Translations under genes and position numbers: made by a program
In this document: piece by piece, positions 19,774 to 28,161 of the stretch
Layout: the number at the start of each line of letters is the position of its first letter
Numbering within the stretch: the first letter of the stretch is position 1
The notes under the pieces: model-generated
The model's input: only the letters and a program-made list of their open reading frames with translations
What the model was told of the DNA's origin: nothing
The model's database searches: none
Assembly: GCA_013202715.1 (NCBI GenBank)
Contig: JABMRF010000007.1
Coordinates: 8,566-72,565, forward strand
Reading direction: 5' to 3'
Length of the DNA: 64,000 nucleotides
Origin: Candidatus Kuenenbacteria bacterium
Lineage (GTDB): Bacteria > Patescibacteriota > Patescibacteriia > UBA11705 > JABHMO01

Positions 19774-20121
19774 ATGACAAGATTCACAAAATCATTGAGA
19801 CCAGAAAAAAATTCTAACCTAAAGCGAAAGGTTAGAAAGCTATCGAAGCCAATTCTTTTGGTGGTTTTGGGGATATTTTTTGTGGGAGCGATTGGTATTT
19901 ATTTATTTCAAATAAATTACATTGCGGCAACAGGATTCCAGATTCGCGATTATGAAAAACAAATTTCTGAATTAACATATGAAAACGAGAAGATTCAAAT
20001 GCAAATAATTGAAATGAAATCTATGACAGATTTGTCAGCCAAGGTTGCTGAATTAAATATGGAACCTGTTGGCCAGATTACTTATTATGATACCAGTGGT
20101 CAGGTTGTGGCGCGGAAGTAG
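19774..20121 (+). CDS. ftsL: cell-division protein FtsL-like (single TM + coiled coil)
   Basis: 115 aa, TM helix then heptad-like region; position after rsmH. Confidence 0.6.
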   Translation: MTRFTKSLRPEKNSNLKRKVRKLSKPILLVVLGIFFVGAIGIYLFQINYIAATGFQIRDYEKQISELTYENEKIQMQIIEMKSMTDLSAKVAELNMEPVGQITYYDTSGQVVARK

Positions 20122-20158
20122 TGACTAGCGAATAGCGAATAGGGATTAGTGATTAGTT

Positions 20159-20184
20159 AAAAGCCTGTAGAAGGGGCTTTTTTG
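20159..20184 (+). terminator. rho-independent terminator (AAAGCC-loop-GGCTTT + U)
   Basis: after ftsL. Confidence 0.65.
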
Positions 20185-20190
20185 TTTGTC

Positions 20191-20219
20191 TTGACAAATA
20201 ATTAAAATTCGAGTAAGAT
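20191..20219 (+). promoter_or_regulatory. strong sigma70-like promoter (TTGACA-17-TAAGAT)
   Basis: perfect -35, 17-nt spacer; followed by ~75-nt structured GC-rich 5'UTR and GGAGGAGG SD. Confidence 0.6.
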
Positions 20220-20300
20220 GAATTGTTGAATGGTTCTTTTGACTGATCTCTCGACTGCGCCTTTTCGAGGGCTTCGCTCGAGATCTAGGAGGAGGTGAAC

Positions 20301-20621
20301 ATGTCTGAAAAATGGTTATTTGTGACCAGGCATATGTACGCACTTGTAAATGGTAAATTGAAATCTCGTCCCCGCATGACATCTTTTGGTACGGTTAGTG
20401 GTGAAGAATTGGAAGCAATTTTCGAAGAGCATGGTCTGGAAAAAGAGTCATCGGCATCTGATCCTGATACGGGAGAGCCGTTGTATTTACCCGAAGGAAC
20501 CAAGCTCGAAGAAGTGGATGGGAAATTGGTCATCACACTGGGCAGCGATGTGACAATGAAAGAAGGCGCTTGTATTTACGGGTTCAAAATCACTGAAGTT
20601 GACGGTCCTGAAGAAGATTAA
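20301..20621 (+). CDS. hypothetical acidic protein (106 aa), SD-bearing, compositionally GC-richer
   Basis: ATG 20301 with GGAGGAGG 8 nt upstream; own promoter and terminator. Confidence 0.5.
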   Translation: MSEKWLFVTRHMYALVNGKLKSRPRMTSFGTVSGEELEAIFEEHGLEKESSASDPDTGEPLYLPEGTKLEEVDGKLVITLGSDVTMKEGACIYGFKITEVDGPEED

Positions 20622-20635
20622 ACTTGTTGATTGAA

Positions 20636-20668
20636 ATAATCCTCGCCACGCGGGGATTTTTTTGTGGA
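20636..20668 (+). terminator. rho-independent terminator (AATCCTCGCC-ACG-CGGGGATT + U7)
   Basis: hairpin + TTTTTTTG. Confidence 0.7.
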
Positions 20669-20695
20669 ACAAATTAGAGCCGTAGTAGGTTTTCT

Positions 20696-20908
20696 AAACG
20701 GGGGCTCCATAGTCCCTTTGAAGCTAGACCCGTCCTTTGAAATCGGGATAGGAAGAATGAATAGCGAAGAAGGGCTGTGGAGTCCTTTTTGGGATGTTAT
20801 AAAAGCGACTTGGAAGTTTTTTAAATATCTCCAACAGGACTCCACAGCCTGTTCTTCGTTTCACTTCGAACAGGACTATGGAGCCCTCATTAAAGTAATT
20901 CTCCGTTT
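20696..20908 (+). ncRNA. candidate structured RNA / MITE-like element with two nested 21-bp helices (each: 14 perfect bp + 1x2 internal loop + 7 bp)
   Basis: 20702-20715↔20873-20886 and 20772-20786↔20836-20849 perfect complements; 20716-23↔20864-70 and 20765-71↔20852-58 extend both; ~47% GC; weak ORF potential only. Confidence 0.4.
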
Positions 20909-20984
20909 AGTATTATCGGCCCCTTTTAGTAGATGAGGACTTGATAAATATACAGTTTTGTAGTACCATTGACTAGAAAAGCAT

Positions 20985-22112
20985 ATGTATAAACTAAACG
21001 CAAAAAAATCAAATTCTCGCCGTGGCGAGTTGACCACTAGAAAAGGGGTAATTCAAACCCCTTGTTTTATGCCGATTGCGACCAAGGGAGCAATTAAAAC
21101 TATTACTGCAGATGAGGTTCGCGAGTTGAGTCCGGACGTTATCCTTGGCAATACCTATCATTTGATGCTGAGACCTGGCTCAGATGAGATCAAGGACCTC
21201 GGAGGTCTGCATCGGTTTATGGACTGGGAAAAGCCGATTTTGACCGACTCAGGTGGCTTTCAGGTTTTTTCATTGGCCAAAATACGAAAAATCACTGCCG
21301 AAGGCGTTAAATTCAACTCACATATTAGCGGTAAAGAATTTTTTATGTCGCCGGAAGACTCAATAAAGATTCAAATGAATATCGGCTCAGACATTATGAT
21401 GGTTTTGGACGAATGTGTGGAATTGCCCGCTGAGCGTTCATATTTAGAAAAATCAGTTGATTTGACCACAGTTTGGGCGAAGCGTTGCAAGGATTTTCTT
21501 CTCAATCAACCAATCAACCAGTCAACCAATAAACCTTTGCTGTTCGGAATCGTACAAGGGGGACTGGAATCGGATTTGCGAAAGAAGAGCGCCAAAGATC
21601 TGGTTGAAATCGGATTTGACGGCTATGCGATTGGCGGACTTTCGGTCGGCGAAAGTGAACAAGAAATGTGTTCAACTTTGGATTTTACTTGTCCTGAACT
21701 GCCAGAAAACAGACCGCGATATCTAATGGGAGTTGGCTATCCTCATCAAATTGTTGAGGCTGTTAAACGTGGAATTGACATGTTTGATTGTGTGATCCCT
21801 ACCCGCGAAGCGCGGCACGGCCGTCTTTATCTCTGGAATGATTTATTTCTTGAATCTGATAGAAACATCCTTGATCTGGGCGAATTTAGCAAGGAATTCT
21901 ACAACACTATTAATATCAAAAATGAAGAGTATAAATTTGATTTAAAACCAATAAACTCAAACAGTAAATTCCCTGAACTGCAAAAATATTCCAAAGCTTA
22001 TTTGCGGCATCTGTTTGTTACGGAAGATCCATTGGCGCAGCGATTGTCAACTTTGAATAATTTGGAATTTTATTTGGGCTTAATGGAGAAAATCAGAAAA
22101 GATATTCAATAA
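20985..22112 (+). CDS. tgt: queuine tRNA-ribosyltransferase, zinc-site Cys replaced
   Basis: …LTDSGGFQV…YLMGVGYPHQIVEAVKRGIDMFDCVIPTR.AR.G.L… catalytic motifs present; C-terminal CxCxxC replaced by NSNSKF. Confidence 0.85.
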   Translation: MYKLNAKKSNSRRGELTTRKGVIQTPCFMPIATKGAIKTITADEVRELSPDVILGNTYHLMLRPGSDEIKDLGGLHRFMDWEKPILTDSGGFQVFSLAKIRKITAEGVKFNSHISGKEFFMSPEDSIKIQMNIGSDIMMVLDECVELPAERSYLEKSVDLTTVWAKRCKDFLLNQPINQSTNKPLLFGIVQGGLESDLRKKSAKDLVEIGFDGYAIGGLSVGESEQEMCSTLDFTCPELPENRPRYLMGVGYPHQIVEAVKRGIDMFDCVIPTREARHGRLYLWNDLFLESDRNILDLGEFSKEFYNTINIKNEEYKFDLKPINSNSKFPELQKYSKAYLRHLFVTEDPLAQRLSTLNNLEFYLGLMEKIRKDIQ

Positions 22113-22163
22113 TAAAATTATTCAGCAAAAATACGTAATAAGCGTATTTTTTATTTGAGTGGT

Positions 22164-22192
22164 TTGACAAATAGCCTCAAATTGCTTAAGAT
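22164..22192 (+). promoter_or_regulatory. sigma70-like promoter (TTGACA-17-TAAGAT)
   Basis: same hexamer pair as 20191 promoter; precedes AGGAGG SD. Confidence 0.55.
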
Positions 22193-22230
22193 CTATTATT
22201 AGTATAAATTGTTCTTTTCAGGAGGATTAA

Positions 22231-22662
22231 ATGGCTATTTATCTATATATGGCTTTGGGAGTTGCTTTACTGCTGATACTCTTAGCAATAGTGTTTCGGA
22301 ATTCAATAAAAAAACAATTGAATAGTGGAAAAGACAAAGAAGCAAAGGCTGAGCTTGCGCGGATGGCAGCCATTATTCAGGGATTGTGCCAAAAGGATCC
22401 CAAGTGGAAAAAAAAATGGCCAGCAGCTGGTCGTCTTCACACTTTTATCAATACCAGTATTTTGGAAAAATATAGAGCCAGCAAGGCCTATGTCCGTGAC
22501 AAAGTAGCCAATAGATATGGCTTGGAACATCATAAAGCCAAGATCATGCTGAACTATTATCGTAGTCGCTATCTCCCAGAAGCTGGACGGCTCTATGAAA
22601 AAGAAAAAGCCAAACAAGAAAGGTTAGCGCAAAGAGCTAAAGAAAGAGGAAAAAAGAAGTAA
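22231..22662 (+). CDS. hypothetical N-terminally membrane-anchored basic protein
   Basis: TM ALGVALLLILLAIVF, then K/R-rich helical region; AGGAGG SD. Confidence 0.5.
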   Translation: MAIYLYMALGVALLLILLAIVFRNSIKKQLNSGKDKEAKAELARMAAIIQGLCQKDPKWKKKWPAAGRLHTFINTSILEKYRASKAYVRDKVANRYGLEHHKAKIMLNYYRSRYLPEAGRLYEKEKAKQERLAQRAKERGKKK

Positions 22663-22683
22663 ACAATTGTTAGGGAGGATAGC

Positions 22684-23379
22684 ATGAGTTTTAAATTCAA
22701 GGGCTTAGAGGGTTTTCAGGAAGAGATTCTCAATTACTTGAACGGAAAAGATTGGTGTTTATTGACTGATATTGTGAATACTGTTTTCAAAGACATTCAC
22801 ATAACAGCAGCATTAGTAACTGCAGAAAAGCGTCTTGAAGAATTGTGTGACAGGGGATTGGTAAGAAAGAGCGGAAAAGATAAATATATGATTTGTATTG
22901 ATCATGCTCGTCGGCTTGAGGTCAGAGTTGAACCGCAAGTAGTGAGATATCAGAATGATCCTCTTTCTCCAACCATAACAGCTCATCATGTTCTGGTTGA
23001 AGATGATCTCGGCCTTTTGCGCGAAATGCTGGCCAGGGAAAATGAAGTTGAGGCGTTCAAGCGTGGCTGTCAGGCAATGGCAAGTTTTTCCGGTGTGCAG
23101 TTGATTTTTGATCCGGAAACCTTTGATTATAAACAGATTTATGTTGCGCCAAAATGTGAAAAAGTTGAACTGCAAGTTGGGACCAAAATATTGGGTTCGC
23201 CTGAACTTGATTGTTTTCCGGAAATTGAAATTTATTTGGTTACAGTTTGCGATGATAATGGAGAATGGCAGGAAACATTTGGCTGTAGAAATGAGCTGAA
23301 TGCCTTTGTCCGCGGCTGCAAAGCTGTATGCTCATTTGCAGAAGTTCGCTTGGAAATAACACCGGAGTTTGAACGCTAA
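22684..23379 (+). CDS. hypothetical protein with internal ~25-aa duplication (EAFKRGCQAMASFSGVQLIFDPE / NAFVRGCKAVCSFAEVRLEITPE)
   Basis: 231 aa, GGGAGG SD; no family recognised. Confidence 0.5.
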   Translation: MSFKFKGLEGFQEEILNYLNGKDWCLLTDIVNTVFKDIHITAALVTAEKRLEELCDRGLVRKSGKDKYMICIDHARRLEVRVEPQVVRYQNDPLSPTITAHHVLVEDDLGLLREMLARENEVEAFKRGCQAMASFSGVQLIFDPETFDYKQIYVAPKCEKVELQVGTKILGSPELDCFPEIEIYLVTVCDDNGEWQETFGCRNELNAFVRGCKAVCSFAEVRLEITPEFER

Positions 23380-23389
23380 GGAGGAAAAA

Positions 23390-23689
23390 ATGGCTATCAG
23401 TCCATCAGATGTAAATCCCCTGTCCCCGGAAGATTTGGCGATTGTGCTTCGTTGGGAGAGCGTTATTGACGCTGAGCTTTACAACGAAGAAGATCGCAGG
23501 AATAGTGGAACTGCTCGAATAAAGATTTTATACGAAGAAGGCGAGGAAATACAAGGAACATATATGGACAGATTCACGGAGTTGGAGCGCAGATATCGCA
23601 GGGCCGGTTGGCATGTTGAACGATCTGCTCGAGACTCTGGGCCGGCTTTGGCTATTTGCGTCAACGAACATTGGAAAGCAAATTGGTAA
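23390..23689 (+). CDS. hypothetical protein (99 aa)
   Basis: AAGGAGG SD 7 nt upstream of ATG 23390; translationally coupled to previous. Confidence 0.45.
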   Translation: MAISPSDVNPLSPEDLAIVLRWESVIDAELYNEEDRRNSGTARIKILYEEGEEIQGTYMDRFTELERRYRRAGWHVERSARDSGPALAICVNEHWKANW

Positions 23690-23695
23690 AATGGT

Positions 23696-23722
23696 AATGC
23701 AGTTCAATGAGCTGCATTTTTT
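23696..23722 (+). terminator. rho-independent terminator (AATGCAG-loop-CTGCATT + U6)
   Basis: hairpin + TTTTTTAATTG. Confidence 0.65.
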
Positions 23723-23812
23723 AATTGAAAAAATTGACATTTGCCAAATCAAGCGGATTTGCTATACTGGAAAAAGTAAGCATCTTAGCTAATTATCTAG
23801 TTACCTAAATCT

Positions 23813-24133
23813 ATGCAAGATGATAAATGGCATGATATTTTAGACAGAGTCAAAGAGCAGTTTGAGATTCAGATGCAGGAGACTGAGCCTCATTCTAATA
23901 TAGAACGCGGCCAGGTTGAAACCGTGATTTTTGAGTCGCCTATTGGTAGAATTAAACTGGTCAGAACGACTACGCCGAGAGTTCTTGATAAGAAAACAAT
24001 CTATTCAGCTCGCGCAGGTAGCGACATGAACGTTCAATATGAATATTCTAAAACAGAATATGTGCACGATTTAAAAATATTCAAATGGGATGATGTCCGG
24101 GACGACTGGGTAAATGCTCGTTTTGAAATATAA
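23813..24133 (+). CDS. hypothetical protein (106 aa)
   Basis: preceded by extended -10 TGCTATACT (23760-68). Confidence 0.45.
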   Translation: MQDDKWHDILDRVKEQFEIQMQETEPHSNIERGQVETVIFESPIGRIKLVRTTTPRVLDKKTIYSARAGSDMNVQYEYSKTEYVHDLKIFKWDDVRDDWVNARFEI

Positions 24134-24138
24134 TGAAT

Positions 24139-24225
24139 ACGTGATCTACTGATTTTCTACGTGATCTACTGATGCTAACTGTTTTTAACTCATGTAGATC
24201 AGTAGTAAATCACGTAGATCAAGTA
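24139..24225. promoter_or_regulatory. operator-like array: 2 direct + 2 inverted copies of ~15-bp motif TACGTGATCTACTGAT
   Basis: tacgtgatctactgat ×2, then …catgtagatcagtag… and …cacgtagatca; immediately upstream of lipoprotein gene. Confidence 0.45.
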
Positions 24226-24240
24226 TTATTCAATATACTT

Positions 24241-25305
24241 ATGAACAGAATTTTAAAAGCAGGAGGAACAATTTTAATTTGTATGGCCGTGTTGCTTGCA
24301 ATTACGGGTTGTACACCAAAACCAGAAAAGGTTTTACAGAAAATGATTAAAAAAATGGCCGAGGTAAATTCATACGATCTCAATGTAAAGTTGGGGGTAC
24401 ATGGACAGTTCCCACAGCTAACAACTTTAAATCTCGAGGGAGCAAAACTTTTGCCAGGTGCAATAATTTTTGATCTTATGGGGCCGGTTGATTTAACAAA
24501 AGATTTAGCATACAAATTGAGTGGTAGTGCGAAATATCGTCTCCAAGATTCAGAGATCAAGTTTGTCGGCGATTTGCTATATCAAGGCAATACGCTCTTT
24601 CTAAAATTATCTGAAATCCCGGATTTAAAAATGGCTGACTTGACTGATTTAAAAAATAATTGGTACAAATTTGATTTTGATTCTTTTGCGCTTGCAAAAC
24701 AAATAACTGACCCGAAAGAAACCAAGGTTGATGAGCAGAAAAATAAAAAGCTTAGAAAATTAGTTCAGAAAATTAATTTTTTCGAGATTGTTTCTGATAA
24801 TGGTATTGATAATCTTGACGGGATAAGAACTTATCATTACAGCATAAAAGTAAATAAAGATGCAATGGATAAATTTTTTCACGAGGCAACAGAAATATTT
24901 GAAGAAAGAAAATTAACCGCCCTTGAAGAAAAAGAGCTTGATAAAAACTTGGAAAATTGGAGTCAGATAACCGGTCAGGTTTGGGTTGGAGAAAAGGATT
25001 ATTATTTATACCGAATTGAGCTTGGTACACAAGTGGAAAGTGAAGACTCAGGTACCACTCGATACGATATGGCATTAGATCTTCGGGATTTTAATAAAAA
25101 GTTTGAAATAAATGAACCGGAGAATGTGCGTGAATTTAACATGGCAGAAATCTTTATGCCTGGACTTGATTTAGCCTTGCCAGAAGCTGGAAGTGGGGAC
25201 ATTAACAGTGTTGAAGAAATGCTAAAAGGTATTGAGGGTGTAAGTGACGAAGAACTACAGAAAAAATTAGATGAATTGAAAATTGAATTAGATAAAGTTA
25301 AATAA
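24241..25305 (+). CDS. hypothetical lipoprotein (lipobox LAITGC)
   Basis: MNRILKAGGTILICMAVLLAITGC… signal peptidase II site; ATG 24241 preferred. Confidence 0.55.
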   Translation: MNRILKAGGTILICMAVLLAITGCTPKPEKVLQKMIKKMAEVNSYDLNVKLGVHGQFPQLTTLNLEGAKLLPGAIIFDLMGPVDLTKDLAYKLSGSAKYRLQDSEIKFVGDLLYQGNTLFLKLSEIPDLKMADLTDLKNNWYKFDFDSFALAKQITDPKETKVDEQKNKKLRKLVQKINFFEIVSDNGIDNLDGIRTYHYSIKVNKDAMDKFFHEATEIFEERKLTALEEKELDKNLENWSQITGQVWVGEKDYYLYRIELGTQVESEDSGTTRYDMALDLRDFNKKFEINEPENVREFNMAEIFMPGLDLALPEAGSGDINSVEEMLKGIEGVSDEELQKKLDELKIELDKVK

Positions 25306-25375
25306 ATTGTTAAATTGTTAGATTGTTATATTGTTAAAACAATTTAGCAATATGGCAATTTAGCAATATAATTTT

Positions 25376-26137
25376 ATGTGGATTTACATTATCGGTGCGA
25401 TCGTTTTTGTGATCGTCATCAGTCTTCGTCAGATCAATGCTTACCAGCGTGGCGTCATGTTTACCATGGGTCGATTTACTGGTATCAAAAAAGCGGGTTG
25501 GCGAATCGTGTTCCCAGTTTTTCAGCAAATGACAAAGGTGGATATGCGTACCAAAGCTGTGGACGTGCCAGACCAGAAAGCAATTACAAAAGATAATATT
25601 TCAGTTGGCGTGAATGCCGTGATTTATTACAAAGTAGTTGATGCGGACAAAGCAGTTTTAGAAGTAGAAAATTTTTATTACGCGACTTCTCAATTGGCTC
25701 AGACAACAATGAGAAATGTTGTCGGTGAAGTTGAGCTCGATGACCTATTGAGTCAGAGGGAAAAGATTTCCGAGAAAATTAAACTGATTGTTGATAAAGC
25801 AACGGATCCATGGGGGATTAGAGTCGAAAATGTAGAACTAAAAGACGTATCTTTGCCAGAAAATATGGAGCGAACAATCGCCAAGCAGGCAGAGGCGGAA
25901 AGAGAAAAAAGAGCTGTCATTATCAAGGCTGAAGGTGAAGTTCAGGCAGCATCAAATATGGCTGCAGCTGCGAAAACATTAGCTGGATCGGTTGGAGCTC
26001 TTCATCTTCGAACTTTACAATCTCTAAACGATTTAAGTTCAGATCAGTCCAATACAGTTGTATTCGCCTTACCGATTGAGATATTGCGAGCGTTTGAAGG
26101 ATTTGCAGGTAAGATGAAAAAGGATATTGGTGAGTAA
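25376..26137 (+). CDS. SPFH/Band-7 (stomatin-like) membrane protein
   Basis: N-terminal TM + …YQRGVMFTMGRFTGIKKAGWRIVFP…DVP.Q.AITKDN..V.V.AV.Y… stomatin signature. Confidence 0.8.
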   Translation: MWIYIIGAIVFVIVISLRQINAYQRGVMFTMGRFTGIKKAGWRIVFPVFQQMTKVDMRTKAVDVPDQKAITKDNISVGVNAVIYYKVVDADKAVLEVENFYYATSQLAQTTMRNVVGEVELDDLLSQREKISEKIKLIVDKATDPWGIRVENVELKDVSLPENMERTIAKQAEAEREKRAVIIKAEGEVQAASNMAAAAKTLAGSVGALHLRTLQSLNDLSSDQSNTVVFALPIEILRAFEGFAGKMKKDIGE

Positions 26138-26280
26138 ATTGAAATTTTATAGAAATAGGAAAGCGGGCTGGATGTTGTCCGCTTTTCAGTTTGAAAAATG
26201 ATGAAATTTTGCTATACTATTACAGCATGTCGATCCTAATTAAACAAAAAAAACGAGTCAGAATTCATTCTGGCTTTTCC

Positions 26281-28161
26281 ATGGCTTCAACAAAAAATAG
26301 ACGAGATTATCGCCTGGCTTTATTGATGTTGTTTTTTATTGTATTTGCTTTACTAATGCTTGGTCGACTATTCAAATTACAAATAATTGATCGTGATTAT
26401 TATCTAGCCCTAGCTTCTGGTCAGCATGAAATTTTCAAACAGTTGTATCCAGATAGGGGCACTATTTACGTAAAAGATAAGGAGGGAGATTTTACTAAGG
26501 GCGCTCAGAGTGTTTATCCTGTGGCAATCAATAAGAGTATGTATTTATTGTACGCAGTGCCACAAGATATTAGAGATCCAGAAACCGTACTTGGCGCCTT
26601 GAAAGAGGTTTTTGAGATAAAGGATGAAGTTTCAGCTGACGAAGTTGTACCTACGGAAGAAGTAGCAACTGAGGAGCAGACTGAAGAGGCAAAGCAATTG
26701 GAAGATATTGAGGGATTAAATCCGTTAACGGTTGATGAAGAAAATCAGTTGTTGGCTGAAGGATGGAAATATAAATTAAACAAAACAGATGACCCTTATG
26801 AGCCATTGAAGCATCTAGTCGACGAAAAGGAAATTGAAAAAATTAAAGCCTATAATCTGGAGGGAATATATTGGACAAAGGAGGTTTCCAGATATTATCC
26901 GGAAAAGAATATTGGTAGTCAGCTGATTGGTTTTGTCGGCAAACAGGCGGAAAATAACATGCTCAAGGGATATTATGGACTTGAGGGTTGCTATAACAAG
27001 GAATTAGGAGGAGATGCTGGATTTTTGCGTTCAGAATTGGACACTTTTGGACGCTGGATTGCCGTAGCTGGCAAAGATTTTAGGAAAGCTGAAGATGGTT
27101 ACAGTTTAGTTTTGACAATAGATAAGTCGATTCAATATTATGCTTGTGATCAATTGAACAAATTTGTTGTTCAGTTTGATGCTGAGGGCGGTAGTTTAAT
27201 CGCCATGGATCCGATAACTGGCGAAATTATGGCCATGTGTAATAATCCTGATTTTGATCCCAATCTTTATAATAAAGTTGAAGATATCAGTGTTTTTAAT
27301 AATTCCAGCCTATTGGCAAATTATGAACCCGGCTCAGTGTTTAAACCTCTCACTATGGCTGCGGCGCTTGACACTGGCAAGGTTGATCCATTTACAGGAT
27401 TTCAGGATACCGGTGAAGTGAAAATCGGACCACACACAATTAGAAATTCAGATTTCAAAGCCAATGGTTGGCAGACTATGACTGAGGTATTGGAAAAATC
27501 ATTAAATACGGGCGCAGTATTTGCTGCGCGACAAGTGGGACTTTCAGAATTCAAAAGATATATAGAAGGGTTTGGTTTTGGAGAAAAAACCAATGCTGGA
27601 TTGTGTAATGAGGGAAGCGGTGATCTTCGTTCATTGGATGAAAAAGGAGATATTTATTTGGCAACCGCCTCATTTGGTCAGGGAATAACAACAACCCCAA
27701 TTCAATTAGTTCGCGCCTATGCGGCAATTGCCAATGAAGGAAAACTTGTAGAACCCTACGTTGTTGATTCAATTGTAGATGACAAAGGAAATGTGATTCA
27801 AAAAACAGAACCAAAAGTTATTGGCCAGGTTATTTCACCTCAAACTGCAAGATTACTTGGCAGTATGTTGGTTTCAGTTGTAAAGTCCGGGCATGCGAAA
27901 AAAGCGGGAATCCCAGGATATCTAGCTGCCGGAAAAACCGGAACAGCGCAGGTGCCTGATCCAATAAAGGGAGGCTATAGCGACAAAACAATTCACACCT
28001 TCCTTGGTTTTGCACCGTATAATCAGCCCAAGTTTGCAATGATTGTTAAACTGGATAATCCAACTGCCGTAGAATTTGCTGCAGATTCTGCAACTCCACT
28101 ATTTAGTAAAGTAGGGAAGTTTATTCTTGATTATTATGAAGTTCCAACAGAAGTAAAGTAA
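26281..28161 (+). CDS. ftsI: peptidoglycan D,D-transpeptidase FtsI/PBP2 (class B PBP)
   Basis: SVFKP (SxxK), KSLNTG (SxN), KTGTA (KTG) motifs; TM anchor; dcw context. Start 26281 (alt 26191/26227). Confidence 0.85.
   Translation: MASTKNRRDYRLALLMLFFIVFALLMLGRLFKLQIIDRDYYLALASGQHEIFKQLYPDRGTIYVKDKEGDFTKGAQSVYPVAINKSMYLLYAVPQDIRDPETVLGALKEVFEIKDEVSADEVVPTEEVATEEQTEEAKQLEDIEGLNPLTVDEENQLLAEGWKYKLNKTDDPYEPLKHLVDEKEIEKIKAYNLEGIYWTKEVSRYYPEKNIGSQLIGFVGKQAENNMLKGYYGLEGCYNKELGGDAGFLRSELDTFGRWIAVAGKDFRKAEDGYSLVLTIDKSIQYYACDQLNKFVVQFDAEGGSLIAMDPITGEIMAMCNNPDFDPNLYNKVEDISVFNNSSLLANYEPGSVFKPLTMAAALDTGKVDPFTGFQDTGEVKIGPHTIRNSDFKANGWQTMTEVLEKSLNTGAVFAARQVGLSEFKRYIEGFGFGEKTNAGLCNEGSGDLRSLDEKGDIYLATASFGQGITTTPIQLVRAYAAIANEGKLVEPYVVDSIVDDKGNVIQKTEPKVIGQVISPQTARLLGSMLVSVVKSGHAKKAGIPGYLAAGKTGTAQVPDPIKGGYSDKTIHTFLGFAPYNQPKFAMIVKLDNPTAVEFAADSATPLFSKVGKFILDYYEVPTEVK

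Noticed and set aside
20701-20717. 11-nt match GGGCTCCATAG to the RNase P RNA CR-I region (…CCGGGCUCCAUAGGGCA…)
   Set aside because: The flanking GGAAAGUCC and GGUAA(C/U)GCC elements are absent, and the segment pairs perfectly with a distal complement, unlike the P4 pseudoknot. Judged coincidental.
20664-20936. 90-aa ORF overlapping the nested inverted-repeat element
   Set aside because: Two perfect 14-bp inverted repeats plus extensions span the ORF. Such symmetry is far more typical of RNA or MITE structure than of coding sequence. The ORF has no SD or homology signal.
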